Source of the DNA: Octopus bimaculoides
Taxonomy: Eukaryota
Length of the DNA stretch: 64,000 nucleotides
Direction: 5' to 3'
NCBI RefSeq assembly: GCF_001194135.2
Contig: NC_068987.1
Span: forward strand, 4,524,879 to 4,588,878
The notes under the pieces are model-generated. The model saw nothing but the letters and a program-made list of their open reading frames with translations. It was not told the origin of the DNA and did not search any database. The first letter of the stretch is position 1. The number at the start of each line of letters is the position of its first letter. Made by a program: the position numbers and the translations under genes. This document shows positions 37,701-51,424 of the stretch, one piece after another.

Positions 37701-39129
37701 GTATATATATATACATATGTACATATACACACATACATATGTGTTTATACACATGTGTTGGTGAATTTAGTAAGCACGTATAATTATACATTACATACTC
37801 TTTCAAATCATGTCTTTCATGTTCTGACTATAATTTGTTATGAATCAAAGACAGAGTAAAGACAATATTGTAAAGTCAGTTTACCAAAGTCAGATGAATG
37901 GAGGCTTACACTACGTTGAAGACTCTGTCCATATTCTTCAATAAATTCCTTGATGTATTTTATGGTAATATAAGATTACAGAAGTAAACTTGCACAGAAA
38001 GACATACAAACTACTATGCAGTTGAATAAGTTGTAGATATGAAGTATTAGCTGTACTGCACTCTCAAATGATAGAATGGACTTTTGTTGACTTGGATGTC
38101 ATTAAGAAAATGGAAGTGTGGTCAAGGAAGACACTCCCACAAAACAATGACCAGAATAATTTGAAAGAGCTGGACCTGCCCTGAGGTAAAACCCAGCATA
38201 AAGACAATACCAGATGGTTTTGTTGATGATGAACTGATTTCAAGAACAGCATAACAGAAAGAGCATTTTTAAGAGATAGCCATGGAGATGCTTTAGCAAG
38301 TTTTTTTTTTTTTTTACCTCTGACCCAAGATGGGATAGAATAACAAAAGTTGTCATCTATACATGCAGTTACATCTGAAAAACAAAAGACATTCAGGAGT
38401 GGGGGGAAATGTAAGAGTTGGGGAAGTGGAATAAGAGAGTAAAATTAGGAATGTGAAATTTTTAGAGGAAAAGAAGTGGGGAGAGAGAGAGAGAGAGAGA
38501 GAGACCAATGGATAGAAAGACAAAAAGAGAGAAAAAGACAAATATATACGGAATGGGGAGGAGGGAGAGATTTTCACCAGGACATGCATCAATGATTTGG
38601 GCTCATTGTTGACATTAAAAAAAGGGGGCAAGTTAAATAAAACCAAGTCAAGGCAAAGCAAATACTGACAGGGCTAAGATTAAGTTCACTCTTAGCCATA
38701 TTAGCTCCATCTTTCCATTTTTTAAGTTGTATAATTCTTTTTTTTTTTCTTTTGTTTAATGACACACAATGTAAAGAAAGTTTTGACTTGGATCAAGGAA
38801 GGAAAAAAATTAAATTTTTGTAAAAGGGAAAAGAGATTTTATAAGAGTCTTTGAACAAGGACTGCATTCCAGGAGACGATGGGAAGAGAAAAAATAGATT
38901 AAATATAAAGACATGGGATTGGTTTAAGATAAATACAAAGACTGGAGATGGAAATAAAGGGAGGGAATTATAGCAAGATAAGGATTATAGAAAGAGGAGA
39001 AAAATAAACATTTCAATCCAGTTTGCTGAAAGTTTTTCTAAGTAAAAACACACACATGGTATGGCACCATCCTGCAGGGAAGAGGTATGCACATATCGGC
39101 ATGCACAGCACACAGCAGGCAACGCCTAC

Positions 39130-39250
39130 CTTCATTTAGACCCTCGGTAATCAATGGCTCAACCCTCTCGCAAATGAAGCGTTCTTTTTCTTCAGCTTTC
39201 CGTTTAGCTTCATTTTTCAAGTCTTCAGCAGCCTTTTGCATAATAAGTTT
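39130..39250 (-). CDS. TnI: Troponin I exon (H1 helix, TnC-binding, start of IT arm); 40 aa + 1 nt
   Basis: ctgtttctag|AAA ... GAA G|gtaggc, phase 0/1. KLIMQKAAEDLKNEAKRKAEEKERFICERVEPLITEGLNE. Confidence 0.95.
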
Positions 39251-40275
39251 CTAGAAACAGACATAGCAACAACGATCTTCATATGATGATAGAAACAAAA
39301 TCAAGAGTTTGTAACAAAGGTCAGACATTGATCAAACAAGGAACAGCAATATTTAGAGGGAAAAAAACCAAATAAACATTAATAACATGATTTCTGAGAA
39401 TAGAAATCTGAAAAGATAACACGAAACCTGAAATTTGTAGAGGATTGTGATGTGCGTTAATGACTTTCCTAGGGAGAAAGTATTAATGATGCGAGGGAAT
39501 TGGTTCCATCTAAGACACAAAACCAAGTTTCGGCCTAACATTTACTGAAATTCATTGTTATAACATGAAGTCTTTAAATTATAAGAAATAACTAAAACTT
39601 CAAAATAATGGCCACATATTTAGAGCTATAACGAAATATAAGATATACATTATTAAAAGGAGAATTGAAATATTAACTCTTTCTTTGTTAAGCTTGATAT
39701 TTTCCCTGAGTCACAGTCTCATCTCTTATCGGACAATCTGATTACTAACCCAGCTAACACCCATCTTGGTATTTAATTCAACTGGTTACATCTTTGCTAG
39801 TTTTATGTTGATTGGCCTTCACAGCAAAAAGGATGCTTCATCTTTTTACACATCAAAGATAACTAAACAGGTGACCTTTGACACTCTGCAGATTATCTCC
39901 TTACACAATTTTGTCAAACTTTGTTAAACTCCATCAAACTCCCTCGCTGCAGTGACTTGTTTTGTATCAGCAGTTATGTCTCCAACATCTCATCAAGTTT
40001 TGTGAACCTCACCATTTGGTAAAGCCTTCAACACTCTTCTATACAATAAAGACCTCGCTGTCACTGCTGACTACACAGATACACTTGTTCAAACGACCCC
40101 CACCCCTTAATCTCCTGTAACTCTCTCATATAGCTACCATCAATATGCAATCACTCACAGTACTCCATAATTGACCCTCATAGTAGGCCCTCCATGTGGC
40201 ATTTACATGAACGAGCCTTACAATAGAAGCCAATGCTTTGTTTTAAAATATCCCAATCATTTCCTTGAAAGGTTT

Positions 40276-40488
40276 TTAACCCTTTAGCATTTAACCCTTT
40301 AGCATATCTGGCCCAAATATTCTACTTGTTTTATGTTCAAACTGGTCAGATCCAGCCTCTCACACCTACCCTACAATGTTATTCTAAAAAATAAACATTC
40401 ACATTATTGAAATTTCAAAACTGTGAGATAATTCAGGATTGATTCAAAATGTGCATTTGGCAGAGTAATCTGAATGCTGAAGGGTTAA
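40276..40488. mobile_element. TTAA-flanked MITE (piggyBac-type termini)
   Basis: ttaaccctttagcatt ... aatgctgaagggttaa terminal inverted repeats with TTAA at both ends. Related copies at about 36540-36727 and a partial one at about 2683-2810 share 'tcacacctaccctacaatg...ttctaaa'. Confidence 0.75.
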
Positions 40489-42269
40489 ATACATTAGTTT
40501 ACTAAGAGCCTTTAATAACAGGACATTGGCTATATAGGCGTAGATGTGGCTGTGTGGTAAGAAGTTTGTTTCCCAAAGACCTGGTTCCAGGTTCAGTCCT
40601 ACTGTGTGGTACCTTGGGCAAGTGTCTTCTACAGCAGCCTTGTGAGTGGATTTGGTAGATGGAAACTGAAAGAAGCCTATCATATGTGTGTGTGTTAGAA
40701 ACAAATAAAAGTCTTTCTCAAGCAAATTATGTATTCAATGAGGTCCCCAAGAGCTTGCAAAGAGAAGTGGACAAGAGTTTATCTCTCTAACTTACAGTCG
40801 TTGGAACTCATCATTAAAGAAGAGGTCTCTTACTAACAGAGAGTGGCAAGGCTGCAATGGTTATGAAGAAGGCTTCTAATTAATAGCTCTTTGAAAACTC
40901 ATTAGCCACTGATTCTCATTGTTTACAGTAAATCAAGCAAATATCGTAATAAATAACAAATAACAATATCTGAGTGTACCACCATCACAAACAATAAAGC
41001 TAATGGTTTGTATTAGATTTAATGGTATAGAAGAGGAGTGGTGAGACTTGTTTAATCTGAGCAGAAAATAACTTTAATGGAAAAACAAATAACACAACAT
41101 AAACATTAAATATTGAAAACAAAAATGTGCAATTAAACTATATATATATATATATATATACACATATATAAGATCACGTATATATAATACAAATAATATA
41201 TATAATATAAACAATGTGTATAAATATGCATACATATATTTATATTTATGTATATGTGTATATATACTTATATGCATATATAAACACACTTATATTATAT
41301 ATTTAATATTTATGTTATATATATGAGATTAAATTGAATAATACAAAAATACTCAATGATACAATACTGAAAACGATATCAAATCTATATTACTAACTAG
41401 GAACTTGCCCAGTTGGAAGTGTGTTATGGTTTTTTTTGTTTTTAATTTATGAGAATTAATGCTGGAAAATATATACAAAAATACATCAATATATGAAAAT
41501 GATATTAAATATTATTAACAACAACAACAATAGTAACAATAATAATAATAATAATAATGATAATTGTTATTATCATTATTATTATAAAAAATATTAAGAA
41601 TCAATGAATTTATGAAATGTTTGAAATAGATTAAAAATTAAAAAATAAATAAAAGTAAAAATAGGTAAAGTTGTTTTTTTTATAACATGCAACATGCAGA
41701 AAATGAAGAATATGTGGATATGATTTTTTTACACATTCTGCATACCATGGCCATATCAAATATAAGAATATTGGTGAAGGAACACCAGAGGGGTCAAAAT
41801 GGGACCACATAGAAGAAGAAATTTTTTTTTTTTAAATGCCAGAGGTTTGTTTTAGGTTTTTACAATAATAATGGTACCACCATCATCATCATCATCATCA
41901 TCGTCGTCGTCATCAGAACAATTAAATGTAGCAGGAGGGTAAACAAAAGTGGTGAAGTTGTTACAATTCAAAAAAAAGGGAGCCAATTATAATTACCCTT
42001 CCACCCGACCCACCCCGGTTTGGTGCAATCCTGTTTTTCTGAGTTCAGTTCCAGGTGCAGTCAACTTTGCTTTTCAATCACCAAAGGTGACAAAATATGC
42101 ACCAATTAATATTGGTGCATACATTTATCTGTTTCAGTCATTTGACTATGGCCATGCTGGAGCACCGCCTTTAGTTGAGCATAATTAGTAATTCTTTGCA
42201 GGGGTCAATAAAATAAATGCCACCAATACACAGAAATTGGTTCAATGTATAACATCAAATAGCCTCCTC

Positions 42270-42374
<105 letters not shown>

Positions 42375-42789
42375 GGCAATGAGGTGGCAGAATTGTCAGC
42401 CTATTGGACAAAACGTTCAGCAGCATTTATCTTGGATCTTTACATTCTGAGTTCAAATCCCAACGCAGTAAACTTTGCCTTTCACCCTTTCAGGGTGGAT
42501 ATAATCAACTTGCTCCCCTAAAACTGCTGGCCTTGTGCCAGAATTTGAAATCATTATTATTATTATCATTGTTGTTGTTGTTATAATCCTCATACGATGA
42601 TTGGTTTGATACAAGTTCTTAGTATGTAAAAATGGTTTTTGTTCGATATCGAAACCATATTGGAAATTTCCACCATCTTCAACACAAGAACAACAAATTC
42701 AATGACTTCTTGTAGAAGAATTTTGAGAGAAATGGTAATTTGTTATATCCATAACTCTTTGCAGGGTATGTTACGCAAGTGAGGTTCAG

Positions 42790-43010
42790 TAGTTGAAAGT
42801 GAAAAACAAAAATTAGTCATGGATCCAGTTGACCAAGAACATATTAGGCATCACCTTGTACAGGAACAAAAACAACAAGACTGGCAAGGGTGACGAGATC
42901 TTGAATAACTGAACAGGTATGAAGCTTAAGCAATCAGAGATGAGTAAAGCTTTGCTTATAAAGACAACAAAGGAGTTTTATGAGGGACTGGAAAGATTAT
43001 CTCAACTCAA
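42790..43010 (+). mobile_element. Possible highly decayed mariner N-terminus
   Basis: MDPVDQEHIRHHLVQE resembles the mariner M..DKEHIRHxxLYEF start; followed by stops. Confidence 0.35.
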
Positions 43011-43326
43011 ATGTTTTATTTGGTTAGCTTTTGTGCCTTTAAACATCAGTTCTTCTTGTTTTCCCATGCTTTGATAGTTGATCTCTTCATAATACTAATA
43101 CTACTATTGCTACTACTACTACTACTACTAATAATAATAATAATAATAATGACAGTGGTTTCAAATTTCGGCACAAAGCAAGTCATTTTTGTAGGAGGAT
43201 GTAAGTCATTGGACCTCAGTGCTCAACTTGTACTTATTGACCCTGAAATAATGGAGGTCAAATTCAACTTTGGTAGAAATGCCACTAAGCATTCTGTCCA
43301 ACACACTAACGATTCTTCCAGTTCAC

Positions 43327-43389
<63 letters not shown>

Positions 43390-43830
43390 GATGTTGGTGA
43401 TAGTTTCTTAAATAAACTTAAATCATTATCTTTCAATATTTTGAGATATATTACAGTTGAGTAGAATAGGAAATTCTGATAATTATTCATTTTCTAAGAC
43501 TATTAAGTAAGGGACCCCAAAGTAGTTAACATTGCATTGTGGGTAGAATTTGGATTACAAACTCAGTCTTAGTGAGAAGTTTCCTGTATATTTAAGTGCC
43601 TCCCACAACAACAATAATAATGATGATAACGATGAAGATTATGATGGGGCTAAATATCCATAATAAAACTATTTGCATTAAGAAATTTGAGGTTCGTCAA
43701 TAGTTTGCTGTATCTCATTCAATTTAGAATTACCTTCATAAAAATTAATATTATTTATACATTTATGGAATCATACATGTATGTCGATCAGAACCAATAG
43801 GAATTTGGTATTCAGTTGAGATCACAGTAC

Positions 43831-43987
43831 CTTTACTTAGCTCTTCGAGTTTGTCAGGTAAAAGAACTATACGTTGTGAAAGTATTATTTTCTTCCTTGT
43901 CTCCTCATCAGTGTCATCTAAGTCTAACTGACTGACATCAGTTAATTTTGTCATTTTCTCTCCTGCAGCACGGGCTTCATGAGAAGG
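43831..43987 (-). CDS. TnI: Troponin I alternative exon (candidate mutually exclusive with 39130-39250); 52 aa + 1 nt
   Basis: ttttgtttgtaatag|CCT ... AAA G|gtactg, phase 0/1, open frame. PSHEARAAGEKMTKLTDVSQLDLDDTDEETRKKIILSQRIVLLPDKLEELSK; the C-terminal half resembles the TnI 'RKxIIxERxxxLP' segment. Confidence 0.7.
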
Positions 43988-44699
43988 CTATTACAAACAA
44001 AAGACAAACACTCATGCACCAGTGAAACTAAAGCAGCAAGCAAGGAACGGATCGATTATGCAAGACATAAATAAAATGATACAAATGGCAGAAGACAAGA
44101 CAATACAGCGGGAAGACAAAACAGAAATTTTGTACCTTTTGGTCATTAAAATTATTACTTGCAATTGATGAGGGTTAAAAATGAATCTGAATGAAGTATA
44201 AAGGATGGGAAAGCCACTTCAGGAAAAGGAAAAGTTCAGGACACGCAAAAAATTTGTTATTTAATGTGGGAAGAAGAACACACAGATAGCAAATGTAAGA
44301 ACATCCAACACACAAACAGAACAGGGAATGGAATGATGTACAATACATATATGAATAAACAGCCCAAAATATATTAAGCAATCATTAATTCTACTTTTTT
44401 ATGTTTTTGTGTGTTGAAAGTGGTTGTAATAGAGAAGAGTCAAAGCGTCCAGTAACTTGAGTCAAATGAGTCTTGTCTGCAATCCAGTTTGGACTCTCAA
44501 TTGCAAACTTCACTTTATTTAAATTTAACCAACAAACATCATACAGTTTCATTTTCCACTTTTACCCCATAAATCTGAAATCTTGTTCCAAGGGGGATGA
44601 TATCAGTGAGTCAGAGGTTGGATTGGGTTGCATTGATAACTGACTTTAAGCCAAACTGTTGACTGGAACTTTTTTGGGGTGTTATCAACAATGTCTGTG

Positions 44700-45190
44700 A
44701 ATGCAACAGCAGATACTATGTAACAGGATATTCTCAATATGTACAATGTTTGTGTCATTATCCTCTTAAAGGAGACAGAGTTGGCATGGCACCATCAGAA
44801 GAGGTTTACAAGATCTCTGCTTATAGAATCAGGGCAGGTTTGCAGCACAGTGTCTAGGTTGCATGTGGGTGGGGGAAATTTGATGTGAAAGGGTAGTGGT
44901 GGATGAGGAGCAAGCAGGTATCCATTACAACCTTGCCTGCAGCCGACCATCGGATGTGGTCAGCATTTGTGAGAGGCATGGTGAATTCATTGGTCAGAGC
45001 TGGCTGGCTCGACACACCCCTGATGAATTCTGTATAAGATGGATGAAGTACAAGACAGATGGAGAACAATATCATTTACACAGAAAGAAATAGTGTTGGT
45101 CGGGGTCAATAAGTAGATTGTTGATGCAGAAGAGGAAGAATGTTGGGGACAAAACTGAATTCTGGGGCTCATCAGAATTGAAAGAATGTT
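44700..45190 (-). mobile_element. Decayed LINE reverse transcriptase fragment
   Basis: EPQNSVLSPTFFLFCINNLL (PQGSVLSPxLFxxxINDL), then ISFCVNDIVLH (decayed YADD region) and DHIRWSAAGKV. Confidence 0.75.
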
Positions 45191-46708
45191 GGTCAGAGAA
45201 TGAGAGAGAGAGGTGAGGGGGAGCTTGCAATTTGTACATTAAGAAAAGTAAAAGAAAGCTGAGCTTTTGCTTACAGCCATGTTTAAACGGATGGAGTGAC
45301 AGATGATGATAAAGTTGATATATTAGTATACTGAAGAATAAGCATATGGTAGGAACACTACTGCCGAACGAAAGACTTACTAATCTTGTGTGTGTTACTA
45401 AACAGTTAATAGTTCACAGTGTTACTAATTAATAATTCATTACTTATGTAATGCAGTGGTGAATTATTAACTATTTTACACACACACAAATATGACTGTA
45501 ATCTTTCAGATGAAGACTAAATCGTTAACTATTTATGTGTGTCAGAATCAATAACATTTATGTGTTATTTTGTAAGATTCTTGATGTGAAATCGAGTGTG
45601 GTGAAACAGATATTGTTATACTTGGGGATGGTCATCTTTTGCCAATAAACACATGCAGTGTTTATTTGACCTTCACTTTTTTCCACGAAACAGTAAAGTA
45701 ACATTTCAAATCGGTTCCAAAATATTTTTACGCTTGTTTGTTTTGGTGATGAAGTTTCCCATGTTCAAAACGTTTTCAATTTCCCCAAAACAAGCTTTAG
45801 GGGATGCACCTGCACTCCTTGCACCCCTTCTTCACAAGCCTTTGGTAGTATTTAGTCCTACACACCAGCATCTGCAGATTGTTTATGACAAGAACTTGGC
45901 TAATCGAGTTGACCAATCACAAAGCAGTTTACAACATATATGTGGTGTTGACTTTCGGAGAAAGGTCAGCTAACAAGTGATCACAAGTTTGTATTGGGTC
46001 TCTTTAAATCATGTCTCGAAACACTCAGGAGTGATAACAGTTTTTATTGTAATTTCAAGTTCTGGATCAAATTCAGTTGTTTATTGTTCTTGTGTCTGCT
46101 TAGTAACTTTACATTGCTTTACATTGCCTTACATGTTCACCTCTGCCTTCATAGAATGTTATATAGGAAAGAAAAGGAGGGGAAAAAGACAATAAGTGCT
46201 TTTTCTACATAACTACATGATCTAATTAAACACAGAGCAATCACTACAATTAATTAATCCAATTGAAACTATCTTCTACATGTAAGAACCAAAACAACAA
46301 ACAACATAGCCGTCACTTGCAAGCGAGTATGACTCGGTAACAGACTTATTCTTTGGCTATTTGTTATGGATGTCTTATGTAGTCATGAGCACTCTCTCAG
46401 AACAACCAGGATATGACAAGTGGAGGAAGACAGAGCTGCTTCAACACTCATCTGGATCAGCAGATTGGAGTAACGTGAAATAAAATGAAATGCCTTACTC
46501 AAGGGCACAGTGCACAAGAATTGAACTCAAGATCTTATCACTGTGGGCCAAATACTCCAACCACAAAGCTAAATGCTTTTCTTTTCCTACATGTAACAGC
46601 ACTAACAGTGACGAGCATGAAACTACTACATGTGGTCGTTTAATTTAGCAATTATCTGAAGCAAGCAGTTTTATAATTTCAATTCATGAAGATTTAAATG
46701 AAGATGAC

Positions 46709-46801
<93 letters not shown>

Positions 46802-47871
46802 TACTACTACTATTATGTACATTTATTAAGGCACAAATAAGCAGGGTTAAGGGTCTTGCTATGGACACAAAGCAATATCTGTGGATCAAGAATTTAGTAC
46901 GTTGCTCTGCTTTTAACTATTGTACCACATAACAAGAATAATATGTGGAATTTTCTAACAGACAGTTAGTACAAAGGGGTGTATCTACTTCTTCATAATA
47001 TTTGGCAGGATTAGAAATTTGATTTTAAAATTTAGGAGTAAAGAAATATGCATAGGAAATGCACAGAATATACTTATTTGATTTTTTTTTTGTCGTTTTT
47101 TTATTTTGTAGTTCATAAAATTTCTTGTCTTAGATAATCATGTATAGCACCACTTCATTCTTTTTAGAAATCATCAGCATCACATAATTAAATATTAATT
47201 AAATATTTTATCAAGTGAGACCATTTCTTATAGAGGAAAATAATTAAAGTCTGAAAAAAATTCTTGGAATGGTTTTTTTCTTTTTTCTTTTCTTTTTTCT
47301 TTCTATTTTTTTTTTTTTTTGTTCTTCACCAAGTGTTCATTGTTTAGTTACCAAGAGAGAAAATTCTTAGTGTATATGTACAGAGTAACTGTTTTCCTAG
47401 GAGTTTTACCTTGCAAAGGCATTTGACAATTATGATATTGATCATTATTTCTCCTGTTGATAGAATACCTTATTTTATCGACCCCAGAAGGACAGGGGAC
47501 AAAGAAGAGGTGAGATGACAGAAATTTTACCCCTATGGCATTTGAATTTAGATTGTAAAAGGAGATAATTAAATATCACAAGGTATTTAGTCTCGCTCTC
47601 TACTGTTTTTGCAACACCACTACCCTTATGATAAATAATAATGATAATAATAAAAATAATAATTGCTTTAAAATTTGACACAAGGCCAGCAATTTTGAGG
47701 AGAGGAAGTTAGTCAATTACATTAACCCCAGTAAATGACTGGTACTTATTTTATTGACTTCGAAAAGATCAAAGACAAAATCGATTTTGATAGCATTTGA
47801 ACTCAGGACATAAAACATTGGAAAAATGCTGCAAAGCATTTTGTCTGGCACGGTAATAATTCTGCCAGCTC

Positions 47872-48081
47872 AAGGCGTCGAGCTGGCAGAAGCGTTAACA
47901 TGGTGGGCGAAATGCTTAGCGGTATTTCATCTGTCTTTAAGTTCTGAGTTCAAATTCCGTGGAGGCTGACTTTGCCTTTCATTCTTTCGGGGTCAATAAA
48001 TTAAGTACCAGTTGCATACTGGGGTCAATCTATGGCCGCCTTCCACCAAAAATTTCAGGCCTTGTGCCTAGAACAGAAAAG
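47872..48081 (+). mobile_element. Family A SINE with 17-bp TSD, inserted in an inverted copy of itself
   Basis: TSD aataattctgccagctc at 47855-47871 and 48082-48098. The host SINE (47660-48105) is on the - strand. Confidence 0.88.
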
Positions 48082-48737
48082 AATAATTCTGCCAGCTCTT
48101 CACCTTAATAATAATAATAATAATCCTTTCTATTACAGGCACAAGGCCTGAAATTTTGAGGGGGAAGGCTTGTTGATTACGTTGACCCCAGTTCTCAGCT
48201 GGTACTTATTTTATCAACCCTAGAAGGATGAAAGGCAAAGTCGACCTCAGCAGGATTTGAACTCAAAATATAGAGAGCCTGAAGAAATGCCATGAAGCAT
48301 TTTGTCCATTGCAGTAACAATTCTGCTAGTTTGCTGCCATAACAATAATAATAATGGTTTAACCATGTAAGGAAAGTAATGGTGCCATGTTAAATTATGG
48401 TAAAACATGAATATGTGAAGAAATCATATAGTCTGGTTTCCTCAAGATTCAAGAATCTAAAAATCCGATAAAAAAAACCTCATGCTAAACATAACAGCTT
48501 GATAAGTAAGCATTCCAAATGTGAATCGAAGACAATGTGTTTATCTGTGGTTACATGAAGAAATACTGTGCAATAGCAGAATTAAGTAGGGAAGAAAAAA
48601 ATAATAAATAAAGGAAATAAAGAAAGAGTCAGAAATTGAATGGCAGCGAAATAAATAAATAAATAGAAAATATGAAATATAATTAATAGTACATAATTGG
48701 GATAAAAAAAGAGAAATGGATGAAATGTTAATAATAG

Positions 48738-48802
<65 letters not shown>

Positions 48803-49005
48803 GCAATAATAATAATAATAATGACTTGAAAAGTAAGAATAATAATAATAATGACTTGAAAAGTAAGAATAATAATAACAATAATAATATATACGATGAG
48901 AATGAAGATGATGAAGACAGACTGGGCAGAAGTAAAGTTGCCAAATTAATGTTGTCATGCATCTGCTAAATGAAGAGCCTCCAAGTCAAGATGGAGAAAG
49001 AGAGA

Positions 49006-49075
<70 letters not shown>

Positions 49076-51384
49076 AAATGAGTGAGAGAGTAAGAGGACT
49101 AAGAAAAAGTGAATTTTATTAATTACAAGCAATATTTTGAATGTTGAAATATTTGTAGTCCCACATTTGTAGCCGTAAAATGTTAAAATGTTGATAATGA
49201 AATATTTTTTGGTGAAGGTGATTGAAAAGATGAAATATATGGAATGTGAAGCATTCCCCACCTCAATTTGTGCCTTTGTTCATTTTAAGTCTGTTTTATT
49301 CCATGCTAGGAAATGTTAAATTGTGAGTTACTTTGAGGCAAGACTTTTCAGCTGGATGCACTACCTGTCATCAACCTTTACTTGTCTTCAAGTAGAGAAT
49401 TTTATTCGTTTTCCAAAGGATTTTGAAAGCACAGAGCAAGCACTCATAATATTAACAAATATCAATGCCACTGCTGGTTTGCTCAAGTGGTTACAATGTA
49501 GAATATGAACATTCAGGCACACTTGCAATCAACCAGCCAACACATGCATTACAAATACAGTTTGTAAGCAAAACATTACAGAAATGTATTTTCATCAAGT
49601 GCAAACATAATTGGCCAGACATTGTTATTTGGGACAGACACGAAAAAGTTATGTGCCATCATAGAGATTAGGTGCTCTGCTGATGTGAATAGCTGTTTGA
49701 AAATTTTCTCTTTGAAAATAACTATGGACAACAGCTTTGAAATTTTTAGCTTCTATATCCAGATTATAATTTCACATTTATACCAGTAAGAATTGGTGCA
49801 CTTGGTAAATGCCTAAGAGACAATCTGGAAAAGCTAAGGTCTTCAGAAAAAGAAATTAATACAACCAACAAACTCATAATTACAAATACAATCTGTCAGC
49901 ACAACAGTATAAATATACAAAACTTTTTTTCATGATCACAATGTGATATTGGTTTTGTTACCTACATTTCAATGATGGGGCTAAAAGCCAGCTGTAAAAC
50001 TACACCTCAGCTATGTATTTGCCTACCCATGCTAGCATGGAAAAACAGACATAAAACAAATGAAGAAAAAAAACAAACTAATATATATACATTATATATA
50101 TATATATATATATCCAAAAGTATATACTATCTCTCCCTTTCTCTCCCACATTCATACGCCAAAGTAAAGTGTAGAAAAAGATGGTGTCCATTAAAGTTAC
50201 TTCCCTTGGAAGCTAACCTCTCCCTTAATAAAAATTGAAGAATTCTTCCAAAATCCTTTGGTAACTTAGGTGAGGCAACTAGATATTGTGTGAATTTACC
50301 AAAAGCCAATATCGTAAATGAGTAGCTAGCATAATGGCAGAAATGTGTAGATTGCTTCGTGGGGGTGAAAGGGTGGCAGAGACAATAGTTAAGGGGGAGT
50401 CTTCCACTAACATTAAAAATGTTTTTTTCAGTCAGACTTGCATGGCAAAACCAACAACTAACACCTCAACAAAGCATCATTTCTGTTACACACACAGACA
50501 CACACACATATACACATAGAAATTAGAATATTGTTTCAATATTGCTCTATATATCCTCAGACTCACACACATACACACACTACGAGTTTTACCTCAGTAC
50601 ATCTTTTTTGTAAGCAGAGAAACGGACAGCATATGCTTGATTCAGCATGGCGTGTATGTAGGTGTGGTGTGACCGTTGAGTTTATTGGTTCATTGGAAGT
50701 AAAAAAAAAAACCTTCTGGATAGAGACAGAGAGAATCAATGGCTAAGATTCCAAGGAGATGAGATGGTTTAAAAAGTGTCTGTGAAATAGCACACATACA
50801 TGCATACACACCCAAACGTATACACACACACATAAATATATGAACACATATTTATAAACACCCACACATATATATGTATATATAGATATATATATACACA
50901 TATGTATACACACAGACACACACACATTTCAAAAGTTGACAAGTTCAAAGGAAGCTATGTCTGGCCACTTAGAATAAAGAGCTCAAAGATAAGTCTGAAA
51001 GTGAATAAAATATTTTATCCATAATCCTTAGTCTGACAAAATATATTTTTTATCACTTAAAACTCTTTGATAACTAAACTCATGGATCATACACACACAC
51101 ACACCTATACATACATATGCACTCGCATATACACACATAGACATCATCATAGTTCTCATCATCACATACACACAAATACAAATATATTCCATTTAATATT
51201 TATTCATATAAAAAATCTCAGCGTTTATAATCTACTTCAGATTTCTAAGAATGAAATCTGATTCATAAAGTTGAGAAAGAATGTCTTGCTATGATGATAT
51301 GAAGAGAAATATATGCAAATACACCAGACAAGCCATTTCATACTTTAACTCTCAAAATATGGCTTATAAATATGTGCATGTACA

Positions 51385-51424
<40 letters not shown>

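Noticed and set aside
38090-38270. Possible RTE ORF C-terminal remnant (also about 39700-40230)
   Set aside because: Too decayed to support beyond a weak resemblance.
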